A DNA stretch of 64,000 bases from Bugula neritina (taxonomy: Eukaryota > Animalia > Bryozoa). A program made the position numbers and the translations under genes. Shown piece after piece: positions 1 to 13,900 of this stretch. The notes beneath the pieces are model-generated. The model did not search any database, was not told where the DNA came from, and worked only from the letters and a program-made list of their open reading frames with translations. The stretch lies in the NCBI GenBank assembly GCA_964035545.1, contig OZ037765.1, positions 30,689,504 through 30,753,503 on the forward strand, given 5' to 3'. The first letter of the stretch is position 1. Each line of letters starts with the position of its first letter.

Positions 1-93
1 ACTAAATTCCAGCGCTTGCATCTTTTATCAACGTACATATAAATGTACCAGCGTAGTAATTTTACGGGCAGTGCTTTCGTATTGTTATAATAT

Positions 94-502
94 TGTAAGG
101 GTTGTGACCCCCCCCCCCCACCCATGTATATCTGACTGTAAGGAGTTGTGTCACTATGGTATAGCGAAAGGACAGCTCTCTCTGATCAGTATTCTGCTAT
201 GCTAACGCGTAACGGCTCTCACCTACGCGGCCTGACAATATCTACTTTATACTACGTATGTTAACAAAGGAGGAGACTAGTTAATTAGAGATAACAGCTA
301 TTGCGCTTGGATCGCCGGCAGTCAGACAGTATAGAATAGCTATAGTTAGGTCGTGTATACTGTCTGCAGTTACATAGCGTGTTTTTATAGTTGTTGTATA
401 GTTTCACGTTTGTATCTTGCGAATTAAATACTCTACTTTAACTTGGTGGTGTTGCATTACTTTAAATACCCAAACAATTAGTGAATGCACAGTTTCGCAA
501 CA
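94..502 (+). mobile_element. Solo LTR (Ty3/Gypsy-like) in intron 2 of sulfotransferase copy A
   Basis: Termini TGTAAG...GCAACA, flanked on both sides by ATAT (90-93, 503-506; 4-bp TSD). Internal ATTAAA near 424. Absent from the equivalent intron of the other copies. Confidence 0.7.
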
Positions 503-709
503 ATATGCCTTGCACTTAAAATAATAAAGTGTTAAAACTATTAGATATAAAGTTCCCGTTATATTAAGATTACAGATTATTCAACTATTTGATATGGGAA
601 CGGGGCAAATTTAAATCAAATAGAAAAGATGTACTGCAGGTATCAGAGTCTGTTAAAAAAGAATCAAAAGAAAGGTCTACAAGTAAAATATTTACATATA
701 GTATTTTAC

Positions 710-3700
710 CTTCAATTCTATCTTCAGTATTACAATTTTATTTTGGTAGGCAGATAAAAGTCTGGCCCAAGGATTACGGACTATGATCAACCTGTGTTCT
801 GGCCGGTATGTCTCTAAAAACCTACTGCTGTTTCCCTTATAATCTTTTTGTACAGTACTATGAGCTCCTAAAATCTTGACAGCAGCTCTAAAAAAAGGAT
901 TCATTCTTTAATATAATATGCTCTTATTTATTCATTGCACCACATAGCACGTCAGCACTCTCAACATCAAGTAAGTAAAGGTTTATATGGCTAAACAAAA
1001 TTAAATTTTGCATCATCTAAATTCAGTGGCCAAAGTTAGAAGGTAGATCCACCAGTTTTTTTATGAGGTACCTTAAACTTAACCTACACCCCCCCCCTCC
1101 CCCCTAACTTTCCATGGCATTCAGTGGTGCATATGAAATTAGAGATTAGATGTTGGATGATTTGACATCAAGCTGCTGATGAGGCTTCATGGGGGGGAGG
1201 GGGGTCAAAACACACAGTTATTATAGCCATTAACTTTATTAGCTTAGCAAATAACATTTTTGGAGTGTTATTTATGCATGCTTCATTTATGCAGCTGTAA
1301 AGTTTATTACAAACAATTTTCAACAAATGTGCATCAATATAATAGGTTATTTTTCATATAAAATCCTCAACAATAACCTGATTTATGCTTTTACACATAA
1401 GACACTGGTGAGATCATATTTATGTATGGGTAATAAAACTTTTAACAATAAAGTAAACATGCAACATCAAATTTTAATTATCTTTTGTGTGTTTTAGTTA
1501 TTAAATTTTATTTACATTTATTCTTTATGCACCAATGACTACAAACAAGCTGTCAAAGCAGGCAATGCTTACATTTAAAAAACATCTTACATATAGCGTG
1601 GACATCACTATTCTAAAGTAATTCTTATAGTGCTGCCCTCAATGTTGATAATATAAACATATATGTTTACTTTCTTTTTGCAATCTCCCCCACTGTATAG
1701 TATATAGAATATTGTTTGAAATTTATTTAGCTGTTGTAAAGAGTCTAGACATAGTATTAGATGCAAACTAAGTAGACTACTTGCATACCGTATTGCAATG
1801 CAGGACTTAATTGAGTTGTAGGTCTCAATAGTTAAGAAAAACTTTTACAATTTGATTGGAGGCTGGTGGTACTTGAAGAGATGCTCAACGTCTTTACAGT
1901 TTTCACTAAGCTAAAACATTTAAATGTGTTCAGTTTTCTTTATATACTGCCCCACAAATGAGTACAAATTAAGGACTTTATATATAAACCTGTATATGTT
2001 TGCACAGTGTAAACAGTTGAAAAAATGCTTGTAAGCTAAACATCAAGTGGGTTCTAGATAACAGGTAAGATACCAGAGCCTCTACTTAACATATACTTTA
2101 TGTAGATGTTATGTAGAGCCAATCAGGTTTATCTTGTCATTCACAGCATCAGTCGAATAACGTGTAGTAATGGAGATTTTTGAAAAAAAAATTCTATTTA
2201 ATGGTATTTTGTTGACAACTCACATTTTTATTAGATGAACCATTGCTGCTATAATTTATAAAATAATGTGGAAAAATTGAAAATATGGCTGTAAACCTTT
2301 ATATTATGTGGTTTCTATAGACTGGTTTCATTACTGCCCCTACCCCATATCTATGCTACATTAAAAACTGATATATCTACGCTGAAGTTATTTGTCGCTT
2401 AAATTTCTTTACAAGTATTTTTAAATATGGTGCGTACTTGAATTGAGGCTTTAATATAAACACGCAATCTATATACTTAAAAGGAGCCGCTAATGCCCAA
2501 TTTAAAAGTTTCAACTTAGAGGGCTCCCACACCTTCCCAGGCAGCCTCGCAAAGGTCTTTTGCATTGTCCTAGATTGCCAGTTGATAAATTTTCACCGAT
2601 GCACTACTGCATGCCATTCTAGGTACTTGTATGACTATAGGTGTTAATCTAGTTAGGATACCCCCACAGGATAGTTAAGGGCAACCTTTTAGCTGCAACT
2701 GCCTTGCTGAGGTTTGCATTGTAATCATATAAGAATTCAGTACCAGTAAAATAAAATCTCACCTAATTGTGCTAGAGTCAAAATTTAAAAACTATGTTGT
2801 AGATCTTCTTTTTCTCCAGTGTAAGTTTTTTGGAAATTTCAATTTTCATTTTTTTTGCGAAGTTATAGACAAAAAACTGCCGAATTTTGGCCAATTTTGC
2901 CTGAAAAGCTGACTTTTCAGTACCAGTAAAATATCTCAGCAGCAAAGCATGATATCTGAATAAAAATTGCACTGCTGGAATCCTGAGATATTTCTCCAGT
3001 GTAAGTTTTTTTCTTTTTTTAATAACTCTGCTAGATTGCTCATAAATTGGTGATTTATACACTGGAAATGCCATATTTTCTCATAAGAAACTAGCAGCGC
3101 GCAGCGCTTCACGCTTCACTGAGCACGTAGGGATGAGAAGATATTGGCGCCTACATAATAATTACAGGCTAGCTAGCTGGCAGGCTATAATGAATAGCTT
3201 GCTTTGTACTTTGTTTATGTAGCACCAATAATGGAATGTTGATAGATAACGCAGCCCTAACGAAGGTTGCTGCTTATTGGTTGTAGTTTAATCTTAGGCT
3301 AAACAATTACAAATAGGCAACACGCATGCCACCCGCAGAGCAATATTATTCAAGAACCCGAACTACATTTTGAGAGAAATTTCTGATATTCTTAGTGAGG
3401 ATGCCCTTAACTATCCACCATTTTCTCTAGACTTTGACCACTGTTTAAAACATAAGCTTTTAGAAATACTGCCATGCATTACCAGCCATTCAAAGAGAAC
3501 TAATTGAGTACAAGTTCTGGTAGAATGGAGCCAGAAAATGCATAGCAGCTACCGCCTTTATGATTAAAATTGAAACTTGAAACAAAATTTATTATATCAG
3601 TTTTTTGGTGATAATTAGTGATATTCAATATTATATTAAAATATAGTGAAATCAAAATATATGGGAAATAAAGCACTTACGTATGAAGGTCACTATGCCA

Positions 3701-4117
3701 ATTTATTTTTAGATCTTTCATAAGATATGATTTCCATGTCGTGCTGCCGCATTTAGCTGCCGCACAATAAAACAGCCGATGGTGAGGTGATGTCATCCAT
3801 ATCCAGTTAGTTAAACGATGACTCAGCTGGTTGTAGTCTGGGTAACTCTTCACAACCGACTTCTTGTAGTCTGAACAATATTTTCTCACTTTCTCTACTC
3901 GAAGAGCACTTAAATCTTTTATTGAATACTCTGTGTGATTTTTTTCCCACGAGCCAGTTGGGATTGAAGTTAGAGTTGGAGATAGCGAGTTAGATTTATA
4001 AAAGAAGTTGCCTTTTGTCTGAATGATAACGCATAGTACTGCGAAAAGAACCAAGAATGTTACTGTGGCCTTGGCAGCTGAAAGATTCTGGCAGCAGGTA
4101 TCATGTGTGTATTTCAT
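710..4117 (-). CDS. Carbohydrate sulfotransferase (Sulfotransfer_2/CHST-like), copy A, partial: exons 4117-3681 and 887-710; exons 3-4 not in window
   Basis: N-terminal TM anchor (VTFLVLFAVLCVII), 5'-PSB-like YCAAAKCGSTTWK, 3'-PB-like VRNPWARLLSAY. GT-AG junctions are in phase (AC|A). Confidence 0.85.
2669..3416. mobile_element. MITE/non-autonomous DNA transposon in intron 1 of copy A
   Basis: TIR GGATAGTTAAGGGCA(A/T)CCT at both ends. Internal ~180-bp repeated blocks (CAGTACCAGTAAAATA, TTTCTCCAGTGTAAGTTTTT). The empty site is visible in copy B near 8735-8750. TSD unclear. Confidence 0.7.
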
Positions 4118-5289
4118 TTCCTAGCTTTTCCAGTACTGCTGTGACCTACAAACACAGCGGCAGCATCATAAAGTTTGCTCAATTGAGAATTTTTACAACA
4201 AAATTCAATTTTATCAGATTACAAAATATGATTGCAAGTTTAGTAGATATATGTAGTAATGCGACTGTGTTGGTAATGATTGTGAAAACTCAAAAGTATT
4301 TTAATAAAGTGTTATAGGAGAAAACGTGGAAAAATTTGTAAAGACAGATTGAACCAACCTTTGAAGTTGTATGCTGACAACCAATCTAGCTGTGATGAAC
4401 TTTTACTCAGAGTTATGAATATAATAATAATTACTGGTAGCTTTATTACTATAGCCTACTGGCTGAATTGTACAATCACAATATTAACAAAGGACACTTG
4501 ATATTTTTTATCAACTGCACAACAATAAAGACTAGGCTTGAATGGCTATTGTAATTTGCATTCAATGATTTCTAATAAAAATGTCTTGTTTGAGCGAATG
4601 AAATATTTATTACTTATAGTGAACTAAGTTGCATAGTCCTGGGTATCATACTACAGAGTATAGACTCTACAGATAAATAGAAACAGGCTGCTCTGTGTAA
4701 TCATATAAGTATGAATTGATTCAGCTTGTAAAAATACAAGCTTCTGATATATGGTTTACATATTATATGTTAGAGCCATGGAAACTACATTCTATCTGCT
4801 GCAAGATTAAGGTATCACACTCCCCTTGTCCAAATTACAGCTGATGGAGATAAACATCTTCCCAATTAATAACAAACACACAGCACCCTTCACTCAGCTC
4901 ACCCCGTTCAGTCTCTTTCTTGCATTTGATCCTGGTGTTGATCCTATTTTATTCTAAACTATACTGCTAACTTTAACTTTTAATATCTATAGCCAGGTAG
5001 TTTAGTAGTTTTCTCACTTATCAGCATGCGTAGCCTGTGTTTTAAACATTTATGCCAGCTCAGTAATTAGTCTGAGTGCTACAGCAGTAAAGAAAAGAAT
5101 ATCAAGCAATAAAATAGAAAACTAATATATTTTAAAGGCAGCATGCTTGGGCATACTACCCTGAAGTTGAATTTATAGCTGATGACCAATATATACAAAA
5201 ATAACTCGATGGTGAATAAGTGTAACATGTCAAGGATTCTATCATGAAAAGCTAACAATTCTTTAACATTTTGTAGTGTTGATATTACC

Positions 5290-5385
5290 CAGTAGTTCGG
5301 TAGTGTAATGGTGCCAAGGGCCTGCTGGTAAGCCAGAGGTCTTGAGTTCTAATCTCAGTGGGAGCAAATGTATTAAACTCTTAAA
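5290..5385 (+). mobile_element. tRNA-derived SINE head (degenerate)
   Basis: Box A-like GGTAGTGTAATGG and box B-like GAGTTCTAATC at tRNA spacing; no proper cloverleaf. A similar head lies near 54785-54845. Confidence 0.45.
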
Positions 5386-5735
5386 CTGCTGAGAGCATTT
5401 TAAAATTTTAGTGGCTTAATGTTTATAGTGATCATTGGTGACAGTAATACTGTTGTAGGTAGAAATAGTTACCTTAAGATTATTTACCTATTACAAATTT
5501 CAATGTAGTTGAAACATACAATATTTTATTAATGAGAAATTGTCATTGTAAAAGATGTTATTTATTATTATACGTGCATATATATTCATTCGGTTACTAA
5601 GCAATGTGGAATACAGAAAGTATCAAATTTACAAGGTATGGTTTCAGCTAGGAGAGACATGAATATGTGAAGCGTACAGATACAAAGACAATAGTCAGTT
5701 TACAGAGCGATATACTATAACTTGTCATATTATAG

Positions 5736-8700
5736 TTATTGGAATGGAGATAGTGGATAGTCAAACAGTGCAATGTCATCCTTATACAGTCTCTGTAGCT
5801 GTTGAATCATTTTCTCTGGCAGTTCAGCGTAGTAATCTCTGTATTGGCTTTTATACTTCATCTTGTTTAGTGGCTTATAGTCTGGTTGTATACTGAAATT
5901 CAACTGTTTCATTAGATATTTTTCCCCTTTATCCATTTCTTCAAGTTTTACTGTAAAAAATACAATTATTATTTTATTTGCTTTGCTTTGCAAATAGATG
6001 AAAGTAGGATAATTTTGAGACAGTAATATATAATGGGTAACAGGAAAATATATAAATACACACCTGTTAGCCTGTTACATTACTCAAAGCAGTTGGTATG
6101 CATACTATAGAATATAGATAGTCTTACAATTACATAACCTGACTAGCAGCTTAATCCTGTCATATATTATTGTTATTAGTGGGTTAATCATTCATTCTTA
6201 TGTAAACTGTTATTTGCTTATCATTACCACATGACCAGTTGTCATTGTATTTACTACTCATCCCTGTTTTACTTGTCAGTCAGTTGCCTGCTAGTGCTCT
6301 ATTAATACAGACGTATACTACGTGTACTACGCAAACTACTTCAAATCAAAGCAGAAAAAATACGCCAACACATTCATATGACACATTCATATGTCGTACA
6401 GCCTGAGATTTGCTCACGAACTGATCTAATATGCCCTTATTTCAAAGAAGTCACTGGGTCAGTTCTTAACTAGGCAGATTTGTTAGAGGTAGAAGCATAT
6501 TTGCAATTTACTTACAAACTTTAAGCGCCAAATCAAATTTTTAAACCAGCTGCATTTCCCTATTTATTAGAATATATAATTCAACTCTACAGAAAATCCC
6601 CTTCAGAGTAGCTTTTGGATAATAATACTGCTACACAATATAAGCCACTGTAATTTAAGAGATGAAAATGCAAATAATAAAAATACCGTTACATACAAAT
6701 TATGTTGTAATCCATAAGACAGACTCCACATGAAGATGTAATTGGCTCAGTGTGGGAATCATACACTACTTTCTCTGGTTTCTGTAGAACACAGTCTATG
6801 AACTGCTGAAATGTGATGTTAGTTAAGCCTTCATAAGCCTTCCAGCCATAACAATAATTCTGAAAAATAACAAGTAATAGCTCTATAATTATAAGTGTAC
6901 ATTTAGTAAGTAACATCCTTGTATCTGTGCTGGGAAGGTATAGCACAGGATGTTGTTAAGAATGACATATGAAGTTGTTGGAACAGCTATGGCAATCTAA
7001 ATATTGGGTCAGCTTTTAGATGAGGCAAACATCAATGTCATTCAATTAACCTTTCCGGGTATTGATCACAATATACAGATACAAAGTCAAATTATTTTAA
7101 TGTTTGCTGGCTGTAACAGCAGTTTACTCTTATATAAGTTATGCATAAAACAACTTGTACTATTTCAATGTTAAAGCATCAATTTTTTCAATTCTATTAA
7201 TAAAAAAAAATTATTTTGAAAACCTGTAGAATAGAAAATAAATAATATATTTTATCATATAATCTGAACTTTTCACCAAGCTACATACTATATTATATAA
7301 TCATATTACTCTATAGGTAGTTCTGTTATTGGCATCAATTTTATTGACAAAATATTTTTGGAAAGTCACATTTTATTCTGAATTCAATGAATTAAAATTT
7401 AATTGTTAATGATGATGCAAGAAATAAAATTACAGACCTTAATAAAGGTGTGAAAATCTTATGCAATCAAATGGCTGACCATGGCACATGGTTAATAAAC
7501 TAGAATGGGATATCAGTCATTGCCAGAGATGTTGCTTGATGTTTATAGGTAACAAGGAAACCCAGAATTTGGAATTGTCAGTTTGTTTTAAAATTTAAAA
7601 CTTTTTATTTATAGGTAGGTACCTTTTCGTCATTATAGAATATAGTAAAAAGATAACTTTAACGGAATGGTCATTAAACTGTTTGACATATATGGCATAT
7701 ATTAGAGTTAACTCAAAAATATGTAAGTATACCTACACATTTGCTGAAAACTAATCAAAAAATATACAACGCATAATATAACTGTAGACAAAATATTTTA
7801 CATATAAATTCATTATTTTACCTTCAAGCTATACTTCATTGTTACAATTTTATCTTGGTAAGCAGATAAAATTCTGGCCCAAGGGTTACGGGCTATGATC
7901 AACCTGTGTTCTGGCCGATATGTCTCTAAAAACCTTACACTATCTCCCATATAATTTGTCAGTACAGCATTAGAAGTTCCTAAATGCTTTATGGCAGCTC
8001 TAAAAAAGATTCATTTTAAACCACATGCTATTATTTATTTAATGTACCACATAGCATCAGCACTTCTAACATCAAACAAGTAAAGGTTTATATGGCTCGA
8101 AGGAAAACTGTATGGAATTTTGCATTATCTAAAATCAGTGGCCAAAGTTGGAGGGTAGCTTTACCGGTTTTCCGTGAGGCCCCCTGAAAACATATCCCAT
8201 TGCATTCAGTAGTGTACTCTATGTGAAATTAGAGATCAGATGGTGGATGGTTTTACATCAAGTTGGTTATCAAAAGCCAAAACACACAGGCATTGTTATT
8301 ACTCACTTGTAATAAATTAGCAGTTTGATTTGTTATTTTTAGTATTTTATTTATGCATGTCTTATTTGTGGAAATTTAAAGTTGCAAATGACTTTTAACA
8401 AATGAGTATCAGTATAATAGGTCTTTTTCTTTATAAATTCAAAATCCATAACAACTTGATTTATGCTTGTATATATACATATATACATACACTGATGAAA
8501 TCATATTTATGTTTTATACTTTTGAAATTAACTCAACATTCCTTATTTTTTTCTAGTTTATTTTGCCCTAAAGTCATTAAAATTGCAGTTTGAAGTAAAA
8601 GGGCAAATTCAAAAAGCTTCCGAGGCATCAAGAAGGTTCTTTACTTTTCCCTGGCATTTGACTTCATAAGATATAAAAACTTGAGTTCTCGTAGCATATC

Positions 8701-9486
8701 CTAGACACTAACATACTTATAGGTGTTAATCTAGTTAGAGCACACCACCATTTTCTCCAGAATTTGACCCTGCATGTTTAAAACATACGATTTTAGAAAT
8801 ACTGAAGTACACTCCCATCCATTCAAAGAAAACTAAAGTACAATTTCTGATAGAATAAAACAGAAGATGCGTTGTAGTTAGTCTTTTTATAATGAAAATT
8901 GAAATTTGAAACAAATTTTTTGGTAATAAGTGTTTAGGAAACAATAATCAATATTATCTTAAAACATAATGAATGAAATTATAAGATGTGGCAAATAAAG
9001 CACTTACTCATGAATGTCACCATGCCAATCTATTTTTAGATCTTTCATAAGATATGATTTCCATGTTGTGCTGCCACATTTAGCTGTCGCACAAAAAAAC
9101 AGCCGATGGTGAGGTGATGTCATCCATACCCAGTTAGTCAAGCCACCACCAATTCGGTTGTAGTCTGGGTAACTCTTCACAACATACTTTTTGTAGTATG
9201 AACAGTATTTTCTTACTTTCTCCACTCGAAGAGCACTTAAATTTTTTCTTGAATACTCTGTGTGGTTCTGTCTTGCTCTATGGTTTGAGACCCCTGCTGG
9301 GTGGTTTGTTTCTCCTGCATTAGTTGAAACTTTTACTGGAGGAATTGAAGGTAAATCTTTAAATTCATTAAAGAAGTTGCTTCTCATCGGAGTGATGACG
9401 CAGAGCACTGTGAGCAGAACCAAGAATGTTACTGTGATCTTGACAACTGAAAGATTCAGACGGCAGGTAGAATGTCTGAATTTCAT
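5736..9486 (-). CDS. Carbohydrate sulfotransferase copy B (exons 9486-9008, 7999-7822, 6859-6697, 5950-5736; 344 aa)
   Basis: Exons join into a 1035-nt open frame with TM anchor, FCATAKCGSTTWK, ARNPWARILSAY, ITFQQF, SCGVCLMDYNII, KLEEM and C-terminal LYKDDIALFDY, all typical Sulfotransfer_2 motifs. Confidence 0.92.
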
Positions 9487-10998
9487 TTCCTAGCTTTTCC
9501 AGTTCTGCTGTAACCTATTATACAAACGCAGGGGCAGCATCATAAGGCTTGCTCAATTAATAATTCATAATATAAAATTCAATTTTATCAGATTTCGAAT
9601 GATTGTAAGTTCAGTATATATATGTAGTAATATTACTGTGATTGGTGTCATAGACTGTTAGAGTATTCGAACTATGCCAGGTATGCATTCCCATTGTTGC
9701 CATCTTTTACTGAATTCTAAGAAATAAAGTGCTATTTGTATAATGGCTAAATAAATCAACAAAAACATGAACCTTAATTAAGCTATAATATAACATAACT
9801 ATAGTAGATATATGTAGTAATGTGACTGTGATGGTAATGATTGCGAAAACTCAAGATGTTTTTAATAAAGTGTTATAGGAGAAAACATGGAAAAGTTTGT
9901 AAAGACAGATTAAACCAACCTTTGAAGTTGTATGCTGACAACCAATCTAGCTGTGATGAACTTTTACTAACAGTTACGAATATAATAGTCATTACTGGTA
10001 GCTTTTTTGACTATAGCCTACTGGCTGAATCATACAATCACAATATTAACAAAGGACACTTGATAGTTTTTTATCAACTGTACAAAAATAACAAGGGCTA
10101 GGCTTGAATGTCTATTGTAATTTGCATTCAATGATTTCTATTAGAAATGTCTTGCTTCGGCAAACAAAATATTGATTACTAGTGAACTAAGTTGCATAGT
10201 CCTGGGTATCGTATTATAGTGTTTAGAAATTAAGAGAAACAGTCAAGCTGCTCCTGTATTCATATAAGTGTGAATTGATCAGCTATTAAGGCTTGAGTCA
10301 AAAAATACAAGCCTCTGATATATGGTTTACATATAATATGTTATATAGCCTCAAAAATTACATTAGTAATTTCCATTGCAAAGTAATTTAAAATGCAAGC
10401 TTTTTGACATTTCTTTATTTTGCTATATAAGCCTCAAATAGTTCTATTTAAAGGTTTTGTCTACTTTTTTCAAAGCTTGTGCATTCTGGTTGCTAAAAAA
10501 GTTAAGAAACAAGTCTTTGCAAAACATGCAGTAAATTTAATTCAACAAGTTTTGCAAAAGTGCCTCTCTATTACTTTGAACTATAACACAAACTCTTACC
10601 AGCAATAAACACTGTTTCCTCTCTCCATGTCCATTATATCTGTCTTGACAGTTATTTTCAGCAGCTGTGTTATTTTTTAAAACAATCCTTAATGAGAACA
10701 AACAGTAGTACTGTTGTAGGTAGAAATAGTTACCTTAAGATTATTTACCTATTACAAATTCCAATGTAGTTGAAACATACAATATCTTATTAGTGGGAAA
10801 TTGTAATTGTAAAAGATGTTATTTATTATTATTCGTGTTTATATTCATTCGGTTACTAAGCAATGTGGAATACAGAAAGTGTCAAATTTACAAGGTTTGG
10901 TTTCAGCTATGAGAGACATAAAAATGTGAAGCGTGCAGTTACAAAGACAATAGTCAGTTTACAGAGTGATATACTATAACTTGTCATAATTATTATAG

Positions 10999-13900
10999 TT
11001 ATTGGAATGGAGATAGTGGATAGTCAAACAGTGCAATGTCATCTTTATACAGTCTCTGTAGCTGTTGAATCATATTCTCTGGCAGTTCAGCGTAGTAATC
11101 TCTGTATTGGTTTTTATACTTCATCTTGTTTAGTGGCTTATACTTTGGTTGTATACTGAAATTTAACTGTTTCATTAGATATTCTTCTCCTTTATCCATT
11201 TCTTCAAGTTTTACTGTAAAAATACAATCATAATTTTATTTGCTTTGCTTTGCAAATAGATGAAAGTAGGATAATTTCGAGACAGTATATATCTATTGAG
11301 TAACGGGAAAAGATACAAATATAGCCGCTGCATGCAGTGTTACATTTCTCAAAGCACCTGTAATAAGCTGCTTGCAAATCGAAGCAGGAAAAAGTACCTT
11401 AACACAATCATATGCCTTACAGCCTGAGAGCTACTTATAGACCAATCTGGTATGCCATTATTTTAAAGAAGTCACTGGGTCACTTCTTAGCTAGGTAGAT
11501 TGGTTAGAGGTAGATGCATATTTGCAATTTTCTGAGTTGTTTACTTACTAAATTTAAGCACCAATTAGAACCCAAATTAAATTTTCAAACCAGCTGCATT
11601 TCTCCATAAAATAGAATATATAATTCAACTCTACAGAAAATCCCCTTCAGAGTAGCTTTTGGATAATAATGCTGCGACACAACATAAGCTACTGTAATTT
11701 AAGAGATGAAAATGCAAATATTAAAAATATCGTTGCATACAAATTATGTTGTAATCCATAAGACAAACTCCACATGAAGACACGATTGGCTGAGTGTGGG
11801 AATCATACACTACTTTCTCTGGTTTCTGTAGAACACAGTCTACAAACTGCTGAAATGTGATGTTAGTTAAGCCTTTATAAGCCTTCCAGCCATAACAATA
11901 ATTCTGAAAAATAACAAGTAATAGCTCTATAATTATAAGTGTACATTTATTAAGTAACATCCTTGTATCTGTGCAGTGAAGGTATAGCACAGGATGTTGT
12001 TAAAAATGACATATGAAGTTGTTGGAACAGCTATGACTTCATCAACTCAATCTAAATATATGGTCAGCTTTTAGATGAGGCAAACATCAATGTCATCCAA
12101 TTAATCTTTCAGCGGGTATTGATCATACAGATACAAAGTCAAATTATTTTAATGTTTGCTGGCTGTAACAGCAGTTTACTCTTATATAAGTTATGCATAA
12201 AACAACTTGTACTATTTCAATGTTAAAGCATCAATCTTTTCAATTCTATTAATAAAAAAAATTATTTTTAAAAGCTGTAGAATAGAAAATAAATAATATA
12301 TTCTACTATATAATCTGTACTTTTCACCAAGCTACATACTATATATATACTTGTATTACTCTATAGGTAGTACTGTTATTGGCATCAATTTTATTAACAA
12401 AATATTTTTGGGAAGTCAAATTTTATTCTGAATTCAATAAATTAGAATTTAATTGTTAATGATGATGCAAGAAATAAAATTACAGACCTAAATAAAGGTG
12501 TGAAAATCTTATGCAATCAAATGGCTGAACATGGCACATGGTTAATAAACTAGAATGGGATATCGGTCATTGCCAGAGATGTTGCTTGGTGTTTATAGGT
12601 AACAAGGAAACCCAGAATTTGGAATTGTAAGTTTGTTTTAAAATTTAAGACTTCTTTCGCTCATCATAGAATATAATGAAAAGGATAACTGTAACGGAAT
12701 GGTCATTAAACTGTTTGACATATATGGCATATATTAGAGTTAACTCAAAAATATGTAAGTATACCTACACATTTGTTGAAAACTAATCAAAAAATATGCA
12801 ATGCATGATATAACTGTAGATAAAAAAGATATTTTACATATAGTACATTATTTTACCTTCAAGCTATACTTCATTGTTACAATTTTATCTTGGTAAGCAG
12901 ATAAAATTCTGGCCCAAGGATTACGGACTATGATCAACCTGTGTTCTGGCCGATATGTTTCTAAAAACTTTACACTATCTCTCTTATAGTCTTTTTTTAT
13001 AGTACTAGAAGCTCCTAAATGCTTTATGGCAGCTCTAAAAAAGATTCATTTTAAAACACATGCTGTTATTTATTTAATGCACCACATAGCATCAGCACTT
13101 CTAACATCAAACAAATAAAGGTTTATATGGCTCAAAGGGAAAGTGTAAGGAATTTTGCATCATCTTAAATCAGTGGCCAAAGTTGGAGGGTAGCTTCACC
13201 AGTTTTCCGTGAGGTCCCCTAGACATAACCTAACCCCCCCTCATAACATATCTCATTGCATTTAGTACTGTACTACTCTATGTGAAATTAGAGATCAGAT
13301 GGTGAATGGTTTTACATCAAGTTGGTTATCAAAAGCCAAAACACACAGCCATTGTTATTACTCATTTGAAATAATTCAGCAGAATTAATTAGCATTTCCT
13401 CCATCTTAACTGTTTAATTAGTTATTTTTACGTGCGTTATTTATGCATGTCTTATTTGTGGAGATCTAAAGTTACAAATGACTTTCAACAAATGAGTATC
13501 AGTAAAATAGGTCATTTTCTTTATAAAATACAAAATTTTCACCGACAAACTGATTTATGCTTGTATATACGTCATACCACACTGATGCAGCCATATATTT
13601 ATGTTTTATACTCTTGGAATTGCCAGTTAACTCAACGTTCCTTATCTTTTTTCTGGTTTATTTTGCCCTAAAAGTCATTAAAATTGCAGTCTGAAATAAG
13701 AGAACAAATTAAATTCAAAAGGATGTTGACGCATCAAGAGGGTACTGGTATTGCACTCTTTCCTGGCATCTGGCTTCATAAGATATAGAAACTTGAGATC
13801 TCATGGCATATCCTACACACTAACATACTTATAGGTGTTAATCTAGTTTGGGCACACCACCATTTTCTCCAGACTTTGACCACTGTTTAAAACATACTTG

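Noticed and set aside
2778-3074. 98-aa Lys-rich ORF
   Set aside because: Lies inside a MITE with internal repeats; no transposase motif.
4797-5086. Possible additional solo LTR (TGCTG...CAGCA)
   Set aside because: Flanks (CTATC/GTAAA) give no TSD and the boundaries cannot be fixed.
9260-10101. Plus-strand ORFs 9260-9493 and 9841-10101 (and 4057-4317)
   Set aside because: Antisense shadows or chance ORFs; not kept open in the paralogous blocks.
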